A stretch of 58,483 nucleotides of DNA, filler included, from Piptocephalis cylindrospora (taxonomy: Eukaryota), in assembly GCA_003614145.1 (NCBI GenBank). It is 5 parts of 5 records of this genome, joined end to end, with 100 filler letters (N's around TTAATTAATTAA, not from the genome) between each part and the next. Parts side by side here need not be neighbours in the genome. Positions count along the whole stretch, not along the records: positions 46,967 to 58,483 come from KZ987998.1; 4 more parts are not named here. The stretch is one strand, 5' to 3'. Both the position numbers and the translations under genes were made by a program. Shown here in pieces: positions 49,375-58,483 of this stretch. How positions within the stretch are numbered: the first letter of the stretch is position 1; the number at the start of each line of letters is the position of its first letter. The notes below the pieces were generated by a model. It saw only the letters and a program-made list of their open reading frames with translations. It was not told the DNA's origin and searched no databases.

Positions 49375-50003
49375 CTACTCTTGTCCCATCTCCTTGGGCG
49401 TCTTGGTATTCAGGACCAAAGCGTGTAGTCCAGCATCCATTTCCTCCTGCAGGAGCTTATGCACCATTCTATGACGCTGCACAAGGCCCTAAAGAAGTAT
49501 GAACACAAGGGGACGGGAGTACGGAATGAGTACAAAAATGCTGCTATTATTATTACCATTATCACTGTTGTTATTGAATGGCACAGCGCTTTACTTACCT
49601 TTCCCTGGAAGGCCTCCGAGACCACAGTGATGCTAGAGAGCGAGAACAAAGGCTCATTTGAGTTGCTGATACAGCTGGTTTCAGGACTCTTAGAGCAGTC
49701 AACTTACGTAAAGTGAGTCTCTGGACTGGTGTTGCCACGCATGGCATCATGATGCGCATGAGACGCGCTGTCGTTGACAATATCTAGCGAGGTGGGGGCC
49801 AACGAGGCTTGGATCTACCCAAGAAACAGAAATTAGCCGTGGAAGGAAAAGGGAGGAAGGAGTGTGTAGTGTTCAACCTTGCTCTGCATGCCCATTTGCA
49901 TGGGTCCTGGCTGTTCGGTGGATGTGCTCATCTTGAAGGAAATACCGGAAGGGAGGAGGCGGGAGGTGTGTTTTGCAGGACGGAAGAAGAGTCGAGGAAG
50001 CAT
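49375..50003 (-). CDS. Mitochondrial BolA family protein (BOL1/Uvi31 type)
   Basis: PGPMQ..MQSK|IQASLAPTSLDIVNDSASHAHHDAM...ETHF|ITVVSEAFQGK|GLVQRHRMVHKLL...GLHAL.L.TKTP; three introns. Confidence 0.93.
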
Positions 50004-50479
50004 GTGGCAATGCTGGAATGTAAGCACAAGAGCCCAAGGAGTGGGGAGAGGGGTGCGATGGAGGAAGGGGCTCTTGGCCCTTGCTCATCGCCCTCCCTCT
50101 CTCCAAAATTGACTAGGTCTCCCATCCTCCCATCCAGTGAAAAGTGTCCATTTATTTCTGAAAGCCCGACTGAGAAATGGTTTCATGCTGATTTGACTTG
50201 GTGTGCTCAATGAGGATCCTGACAGTGGTCAATACATCACCCCTTCTCTCTCAATGAGGGCCCTGATCTTCAACGCATTTTTGCCGTCTGGGATGTTCAA
50301 GAAGGTCTTTGTAAAGTATAAACGCACACAACAAAGCCAATACACATACAATTTGAATATATCTATCTAAAAAGGGGGGATAAAATGGGCGTGGGTCATG
50401 GGGAGAAGAGAGAGAGGGAGAGGGCTCCCTCTCCCATCTGCGGCGTCTCAAAGAAGAAAAGGATAAGGCTCAAGGCATA

Positions 50480-52345
50480 TCACCAAATTATAGGGTCACG
50501 ATGGAAGGGGTCATTATGATGGAGTGATTTTTCAGGGGGCGATTGGGGCTTGAGGTTTTGGTGGTTTGAATATCCCAAACCTCCCTCGATCTTGTCTTCA
50601 AAGGATGAGGGGATATGCTGCAACTGGGCCGAAAGTGACCTATGGGGGGCGATTTCCATGGAGGCGGGCCGCTGTTGAAAATTACCATCAGAAAGGGGGG
50701 ATGGAGGTATAGGGTCAGAATTTTGGAACCTCTCAAATGAAGGGGATTCCAGGTTAAAATAAGAGTCCGAGGAGGAAGAGGAAGCGGAAGAACCCGAGGA
50801 ATCCCGACGCCAGGGGGAAGTCAGAGCCAGAGCTGTTGTAGATGCAGATCGCAGTAAGTCTCCGGCTCCCTGGCTCACCTTGAACAGCAACGTTTCCTCT
50901 CGCTTGGGGGTAGGCTTGCGGTGCATTGTCGCCAAATTCTCTGAAGCGGATTTGACTATCTTGCTCACTTTCAATGAGGAAGGGCCAGAGCCTCGTCGGA
51001 GGCCGTACCCAAACTCAGTGTACTTGGCCATGTGTTCACCCGAAAAAGTCCTTGAAGGGCTGTACTTCTTCGCCAGGTACTTCATTGTCCCCCGGATCCC
51101 CATCTCACCTGTTCCAGAAAGGGCATTCATCATACTCTGGCGATCCTCGACCCCCAGAGGATTCACGGCCTTAAGAAGGCCTTCGTGGGTCTTTTCGAAT
51201 TTCAGGTGGGTCTCAAGGATAATGGACGCGGCTAAGTTGGATATCCGAACTCGCATGTTCGAATCATACTTATCATCGGATTTTCTCTTTGGACCCAAGG
51301 GCTGGGTGGATGGGGAAAATTTGTACTTGCCTGTGGGCTGCTGGTGGATATTTTGGATCCCAAAGCCCCAGTCCTCCATTTTTAACTTCTTTATATCCTC
51401 CAGATACCCCATATGGTCCTGGAAATCTTGGGAAAACCGGATGATCCTGTCTAGGTGATCTGTACCGCTATTTTGACGCGATTCACCGGCCTGTCCCCTG
51501 TTCTTGTCCCTATTCACAGCGTTTTCTTTAAATTTCTGTTCCAGGGACTGGCCAGCCATTTCGGTAACCAGAAAGGGCGTGTTGTCCATGTACGTGATGT
51601 CCAAGGGACGAAGGAAAATCTCGGGGTTTCTGAAATAGGCGTTGAGATAGGCTGCAATGTTCCTCACCCAAGCATTTCCTTTAGTCGGGAGTGGGACAAG
51701 GGACACTGGACCAATTTCTTTATTCTTGTATTCCCAGCAAGACTGGGTAATGGAGCCGGATGCAGATGAAGTGGCTTCAGTAAATGAACTAGGTTCGTGA
51801 GGCTGCTCGGTACTGTCGACCCAGAAAGCGACCCTTTTTTTCAGGGTGTCAAGCCCCTGGTGGTCATGCTGGTGTTTAAGAAGCAACGATGGAATGTGGT
51901 ACAGGGTATCTTGAATGGCGTAGAAAACGGCTTGCCCATGATGTAGCGCGTCGGGATAGCCCGAGGGATGATTAAGGGGGAGTTGAGGCTCAGAAAGAAG
52001 ACCATTTTTACGGGCATAGGCAACGCAGGACCTGTATTTTTCGGCCTTGGAGGGATCAAGTGGGTTTGTGGACCCTCCTGTACCTAGCCTAGATTTGTGA
52101 TGGGAACCAAAGTGCCTCCGGGAGTAAGAACCAGGCCCTTTCTGAGAGTAGGAGCCAGGGCTCTTCTGGGGATAGTGATCAGGGCTTTTATGAAGGTGAG
52201 TAGTAGGCGACGTGGGTGTGGAGTGGCGAATAATGGATAGGTGGTCGTGAGGATGACGACGATCATTGGCGCTACCCTTGCCCTCAATGATTGGGCTTGC
52301 GTGAAGAAGGGGGAAAGTCAGGGATAATAGAAGGAATATGCGCAT
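50480..52345 (-). CDS. Secreted 621-aa orphan protein with degenerate protein-kinase-like core
   Basis: Intronless ORF, signal peptide MRIFLLLSLTFPLLHA; NPEIFLRPLDITYMDNTPFLVTEMAGQSL...MGYLED...QNIHQQPTGKYKF follows kinase subdomains IV-VII. Confidence 0.75.
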   Translation of the reverse strand: MRIFLLLSLTFPLLHASPIIEGKGSANDRRHPHDHLSIIRHSTPTSPTTHLHKSPDHYPQKSPGSYSQKGPGSYSRRHFGSHHKSRLGTGGSTNPLDPSKAEKYRSCVAYARKNGLLSEPQLPLNHPSGYPDALHHGQAVFYAIQDTLYHIPSLLLKHQHDHQGLDTLKKRVAFWVDSTEQPHEPSSFTEATSSASGSITQSCWEYKNKEIGPVSLVPLPTKGNAWVRNIAAYLNAYFRNPEIFLRPLDITYMDNTPFLVTEMAGQSLEQKFKENAVNRDKNRGQAGESRQNSGTDHLDRIIRFSQDFQDHMGYLEDIKKLKMEDWGFGIQNIHQQPTGKYKFSPSTQPLGPKRKSDDKYDSNMRVRISNLAASIILETHLKFEKTHEGLLKAVNPLGVEDRQSMMNALSGTGEMGIRGTMKYLAKKYSPSRTFSGEHMAKYTEFGYGLRRGSGPSSLKVSKIVKSASENLATMHRKPTPKREETLLFKVSQGAGDLLRSASTTALALTSPWRRDSSGSSASSSSSDSYFNLESPSFERFQNSDPIPPSPLSDGNFQQRPASMEIAPHRSLSAQLQHIPSSFEDKIEGGLGYSNHQNLKPQSPPEKSLHHNDPFHRDPIIW

Positions 52346-53990
52346 CGTGGATTGCTTCAGGCGTAAGGAAGAAGGGTCTGGGCGATGGTGCGGATGGCGA
52401 AAAGTATAGTGCGTACGCGTAGGTCAACTAGGAGTTGTTCGTTACCGTGCAGTGCGGTGCAGTGCAGTGCAATGTGATGAAAGGAAGGGGGAGGGGGAGG
52501 GAATAGGGGAGAAGGAGACCATAAATCACTTACCCTCCTCGACTTGTCCTATTTATCCACGTCAGGAACAATGGGCAGCGGGATCGGGAGGATGATTGGA
52601 CCGAGGGCAAAGCCAAGCTACTTGATCTGCTCCTTCTTCGGCCTTTGATATAAGAATGACGGCTGAGCCATGCCTTGTGTGGAGTATGAGGCCTGAGGGA
52701 GCAAGCTCGGGCGTTGTAAGCCTTGTCTTTATCCCCATCATTGGTGAGATATCTCCGCCAAGATCAATGCCTGCTAGGGCAGTGCAATGGGATTGTGTAG
52801 TGAAGTGGGAGAGAGAGCGTGGAATGAGAAAAAAAAGGGGTGAGTGAGGTAGAGTGTATATTATTAGGGCCCACTTTGTGTTGAAAGCTTGTCCGAATGG
52901 CACCATGACAGGGATGGGCCAAGTGACGACTTTCGGAGAAGGGAGACAGCTTACCAGCTGATGGCCTCATATAACCCCGCCCAGCTTATAGTGGATGGGG
53001 CTTGATTGACATGAGGAAAGCACATTCGAGTACTTGATGGGAAAAAAAGGGGGGAAGGGTGAAAGAAAGGAAGGATATGACAATGACTGTCTTGCCTTCA
53101 TACTCTAACAATATGGCTCTGACCCAGGGGCAGCCCAAGAGGGGTGAATGACTATTACCGATAAGGGATGGCTTGTTGATGTAAAGACCCTTGGAGACGG
53201 AAGGGAGGCCGAAGGGAGGGAGAACATTGTAAAGCTCGTGGATGGCCGCCCCATCTCCGCGATGACAGCACGAGGAAATGAGTCAGGTCACCTCTTTCCA
53301 TCCTTCCACAACACCGCCAGTAGAGAGGCGTGATGATGGCTGCTTGTTCATAATAGAACCTCTATTTAGAGAGAGGGAGGGGGTAATGTATTAGTCAATA
53401 CTCTAGCTATCCCCCATCGAAAACAATCCAAAAAAGATCCACTTTCACACAGTATGCTCTACATTTCAGACTGAACCAAGGCTGGACCCAATTCCATTAT
53501 GGTTGCCCATCTAATCATCTGCACCCATCGCTGTTGGAAACGGCTTCTGACCCGCGTATACGCGCCGTCCTGACCTGAATCGTCAGGCACCTTGATGATG
53601 GGGAGCACTACATCTTGGGAGGGTCAGATGCTTGAGCCAGGAAACAAACGGGCCTTGTATGGGTGATATGAATAGCCTGTAAGGCTATAAGATGTCTTTA
53701 GATCTACGATGGAAGGGATCATCTATTGTCAATCGATTTTGCTTCATATTCATACCTTACTTCTTACTTCTCGGAGTATAGCTATTCGGGAGCCCTTTGG
53801 CTTCTGTTTCCTTGATAACACGCTCTGGATATTCAAAAAGTAGTATATCCACCCTAAAAGATATAGCATTGAACAAGATACTCTCTACCCCAGCTGAATT
53901 GGCCTGAGTGATTAATGTATGGATTTCCATGGTATTCTCTGTGTACAATTTCGTCGTTTATCACTTGCATATCCGCTCGTTTTCTGCACA

Positions 53991-54124
53991 ACGCGTCTTA
54001 CACGCGCACACATATAGCCATACGAACGCGTCTTACCTTTCTCCCCTCACTCCGCTCAACACCGCCCGCTTTTGTTGATCCCTCTCTGCCTAAGGAATGG
54101 CACAGGCTGTTGGAGACGCGTCTT
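53991..54124 (+). promoter_or_regulatory. Three MCB-like elements (ACGCGTCTT) upstream of MCM7
   Basis: ACGCGT at 53991, 54026 and 54116, each followed by CTT; ACGCG also at 54002. Confidence 0.6.
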
Positions 54125-54236
54125 GTCCAATTTGCCACCGCCCGCATTCTTGTCCTCTCCGAATCCCGCCTTTCCCCTTTCCTCTTTGCCCATCTCCTCC
54201 TCCTCCTCCTCCTCCTTCTCCTTCACCACCACCACC

Positions 54237-57037
54237 ATGTCCACTTCATCCTCCCAGCCTTTCTCCCCCTCTAGGACGGCCAGGTCGAGCGCCTCTTCAA
54301 CCAGAGGCTCAGCTCCTGATATCAACAACAGTGCCCAAGCACCCCATATGAGCAACCTTCGATATGACAAGGATGTGGAAAGGATCGTGCGTTTTCTCCA
54401 AGAATTTCATGTTGGTGAAGTGGATGCTGCTGCGGCCAACTTTTCCCACATGGACATGGACGACCAAGAGGACAGGGTAGTCGCACCCCGTGCTCGGGCT
54501 GGGTACAAGTATCAGGAAATGTTGCAAGCCGTCGCTGACCGTCAGCGGGACACGGTTGAAATTGACCTTGGAGATTTTGAACAGGTAAGTCATTTCTCCT
54601 GGCATGGATTTACTTCGCTTCTTTCCTCATTATCATTTCCCCCTCCCCTTCCCATCAGTTCTACAGGGATGACAGGGAAGGTCTATCGACTCTGGCATCG
54701 ATGCTAAGAAATACTCTTCGATACCGAGATCTAGTGGCCCAGGCAGTAGACCGATTAATGCCACCATCATCAGTGGAACTCACCCACACGGATTCGGTGC
54801 TAGATGTGGTGATGACCCAGAGGATGGAGAGAGATGCGGCCTTGCGCGCTGCTGCCGCCCAAACCTCGGGTACTGAGCCTCAGGAGCCCCCTCCCTCAGC
54901 TTTCCCGCCCATCCTGACTCGTCGGTATACTGTATACATGTGTCCCGGGGCACCAGATGAGGCCAAAGGATCCGCCAACGAAATGGGTAAATCCGCACAA
55001 GATCACCGGGCTTCCTCAGCTACAACCTCTAACAGGGGAAGCGGATCCAAGGCCTCCTACTCCTCCACCAGTACCTCTAGGGTGGCCCCTTCTGCCGGGA
55101 CCCCTCTAGCTGTCCGTCAGGTTCGAGCCACAGACATCGGCCGACTACTAACCGTCCGTGGGATCGTCACCCGGGTGACGGACGTCCGCCCCCTACTGTC
55201 GGTGTGCGCATACGCATGTGATGCGTGTGGAGCTGAGGTCTTCCAAGAGATCAAAGCCCGGCAGTACACGCCCATGTCTGAGTGTCCCTCGGATATGTGC
55301 ACGCGGAACCAAGTTCGTGGTCGACTCTTTCTCCAAACCCGAGCTTCTCGATTCTTACGGTACCAAGAGGCTAGGATCCAGGAGATGCCAGACCAAGTGC
55401 CCGTCGGTCACATTCCCCGTACTCTGACCCTGCATCTGACCGAGGGTATGACCCGGGGTTGTGGCCCTGGGGATGTGGTGGAGGTATCAGGAATATTCCT
55501 CCCTGTACCCTTCACTGGATTCCGCGCCCTGAGAGCTGGACTCCTTGCTGATACCTTCCTGGAGGTCCAGAGGATCCGTCGGGTTAAGCGACCCTACGGC
55601 TCCGAGAAGGAGGAGGGTGGGGATGCGGGGGTGATGGAACGAGTGGCCTCACTCCTCAGGCATGTCCGGGAGGGAGGTCCATCTGCCGAGATGGAGGTGT
55701 ATGACCAGTTAACCCGATCTATCGCCCCAGAGATCTACGGACACGAGGATGTCAAGCGATCTCTCCTCCTCCTCCTTGTTGGTGGAGTGGGAAAGCAAGT
55801 GGGAGGGGGTCAGGAGACCAAAGCGGACGGGATGAGGATTCGCGGAGATATCAACGTCTGTCTTATGGGCGATCCCGGAGTGGCCAAGTCGCAGTTACTG
55901 CGATTCGTGTGTCGTGTAGCCCCTCGAGGCGTCTATACCACGGGTAAGGGGTCTAGTGGAGTGGGTCTGACAGCGGCGGTGACCAAGGACCCGGTGACCG
56001 ATGAGATGATCCTCGAGGGAGGGGCTCTTGTCCTGGCCGACCAGGGCATCTGCTGCGTGGATGAGTTTGACAAGATGGATGAGGGAGACCGAGCTGGGAT
56101 TCACGAGGTGATGGAACAGCAAACCTGTTCCATTTCCAAAGCCGGAATCACCACTACCCTCAATGCTCGAACCTCCATCTTGGCCGCGGCCAATCCAGCC
56201 TTTGGTCGATACAATCCTCGAAAGAGTCCAGAGGAAAATATCCAGCTTCCCGCAGCCCTCCTTTCCCGTTTCGACATCATGTACCTCATGCTCGATATCC
56301 CAGATCGGGAGGTGGATGAACATCTGGCCAGGCACGTCACCTCTGTCCACGCCACTGGTAAGGTCCGGGGTGGGGGGATGCAAGGGGAGGACGAGGATGA
56401 CATCCTAAGCGATGGACCCAATGCAAGCCAAAGCGGCCGTGGACAGGACTATGTGGGGGTGGATGTCCTTCGTGCGTTCATCGGTGAGGCCAGGTCCATG
56501 AGACCTACTATCCCCAAGGAAGTAGGGGATTATCTCGTAGGAGTGTATGTGGAGCGACGTGGAAAGGATGATCGAGCCAAGCGATCCTCTGACTCCCGAG
56601 ATAGAGAGAATGGTGGGAGGCATAAGGATGAGGGGGTGTACACCACACCCAGAACCCTCCTTGCTCTTACCCGCCTCGCTCAGGCTAGGGCCCGACTAGG
56701 CCTTCGGTCCCAGGTTCGACTTTCTGACGTGAGCGAGGCCATCCGTCTCATGGACGCCTCGCGTAGCTCCCTTCTCATTGGGCGTGGTGGGGATCGCGAG
56801 ATGGGTGGAGCAGGGCAGGAAGGTGTCAGTGGGCGGATCTATCACGTAATCCTTGGAATGCGTCAAGACGCCATGACGGGTCAGGCCGAAGTCAACGACC
56901 TCTCCTACACTGATGTCCTTGTGCGAGTCCAGGGTCGGGGTTGGACCGAGGATGAGCTCCTTCAGTGTCTCACCGAGTACGAAGAGATTAACGTGCTCAT
57001 GCTCAATGCGTCTCGCACACGCATTTCCTTTCTTTGA
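54237..57037 (+). CDS. MCM7: DNA replication licensing factor MCM7
   Basis: Exons 54237-54584 and 54659-57037. CDACG..CPS..C zinc finger, QVPVGHIPR, RAGLLADTFL, MGDPGVAKSQLL, DEFDKM, SRFD, YTTPRTLL. Confidence 0.96.
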
Positions 57038-58417
57038 ACTGGAATGGGATAGGATAGGATAGGATAGGATGGGATATGGACAGGGTGAAATGATAGGTAT
57101 TTGCTCCTCTCTCTTTTGACATTGTCTTATGATATGGGTTTATGGCCAATCCAGCAGGGATGCAGCACTTCATAAAGACAATTCCGGATTGAAAACTTGA
57201 GGGTAAGCCTATAAATGCCCTATCTATTATTACATACTGCTATTGTTACAATCGGGCCCATAGCCGTTCGCTGCATTTTTATATCGTACTCTGAAGCACA
57301 ACGGTTTGCTCTAAAACAGTACATATTTGCAGTTCTGAAAGACCAAGATAGAAACTAAAGTACCCTTTCCTGAAAATGCGGGTCCCCTCTCATTCTGGAG
57401 GCGAGGCCTAATCGTGTTAGCAAGCAAGATCTATGGTGGTAGTGGTAATGTCATCATCATTTAAAGGACCTCAAGAGGCCAGTAGTATATTGATTTCGGC
57501 TGTTGAGTCCTATCATACAGACCACGTGCTAACTTAATTTAACATGCCAGATCGGTCTAGAAGGGATTATGAGCATGAGGGGCTGGACAAGATGCGCAAA
57601 AGTGGAAGGAAAGATATGACTGCAAGGACAAGATAGTATAGGGGAAGGACAGGGAGGCAATGACATCACAAGGCGTGTATGCAAATAAAGAAGCAGGGAC
57701 CATTACTCATATCGTGCAGGTCCATTCCCGTACTCCTCAAATATTATCCCTTGTATATCTTCTTGCTTCTATCGCCTTCGTAGTATTTACTTGACCTCAT
57801 GCTCTACTGAACACCCCGGTCATTATGCTTTTCTGTTTTTCTTATCCTGTCCAAAACGTTCAGGCAATAATAATAATACAGCATACTTTCGCATACTTTA
57901 TCTCTCTGCGCGAGAATATGAGCAGGACCTTGAAATTACTATATGCTTTTTCCCTTCCTAATATTTACTACTAAGCCAAACAAAGAACTAATTTATTCTC
58001 CGCCATCATAGCAAAGCACATCCCAACAACACCCATAAAGCAAGAACAACCGGTAGTGAGGATAATACTCCCCGGTAAAAAGGAAAAAGGGAGCGCATAT
58101 AGCAAAAAGTATACACCAAACCATGTCCTTACCTCGGATAGGCCTTAGAATAGGAAACGCTTCATGAAAATGTAATGTCTATTATTACAAGAAATACAAT
58201 ATGCCTTGTAAATTGCCTTCATTTCTCCCTTTCCAAATAATCCCTACCGTTACATCTCTTGCCCAAAACATCATCCCCCACAGAATGCATATCCCAATTG
58301 CTAGCGTACCTCTTTATTTAGACACCAACAGCACAAGAAGAGATCATCATCTATGTACACCCATTTATCAGGAAACCTTTACTAGACCCCCTCCCCAACC
58401 GACCCTTAACAATTTCT

Positions 58418-58483
58418 AAAACAAAAGCCAGCCCCGCCTCTCGGCAATACCATCGCCGGGTGCCTTAGGCGGTCGGATTTGTG
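58418..58483 (-). ncRNA. Possible 3' end of a structured Pol III RNA (two-part hairpin plus U tract), cut by the window end
   Basis: Minus strand CCGCCT-AAGGCACC-CGGCGAT-GGT-ATTGCCG-AG-AGGCGG then GGCTGGCTTTTGTTTT; GC-rich island in AT-rich context. Confidence 0.3.

Overview
Eukaryotic nuclear DNA from an early-diverging fungus. Evidence: short GT-AG introns (about 60-110 nt), fungal housekeeping genes and a retained nicastrin; a Zoopagomycota-type parasite is inferred, not proven. The window is five unrelated contigs of decreasing length (11778, 11682, 11564, 11542, 11517 nt) joined by N44-TTAATTAATTAA-N44 linkers. Recognisable genes: IML1/DEPDC5 (partial), cysteine synthase, SNF8, a PA-domain subtilisin, a SNF2 helicase, tRNA-Ile(AAT), COX13/COX6A, MTR3, PSE1/KAP121, two tandem secreted Thr/Glu/Pro repeat proteins, a divergent RhoGAP-like gene, TRM61, SEC24, PGA1-like, nicastrin, mitochondrial IF3, COG3, BolA, a secreted kinase-like protein and MCM7. 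The most striking signal is genes scrambled by inversion. (1) COG3 is split onto opposite strands inside intron 5; flipping about 47089-48540 at a 5-bp inverted microhomology (AGCTC/GAGCT) rebuilds a 61-nt intron and an in-frame gene. (2) A 28-bp micro-inversion in SNF8 (7003-7030) hides the conserved GDF..L..Q motif. (3) Bases 1-20 are a perfect fold-back copy of 619-638. These could be real template-switch or invertible DNA, trans-splicing, or amplification/assembly artefacts; reads and RNA-seq are needed to decide.
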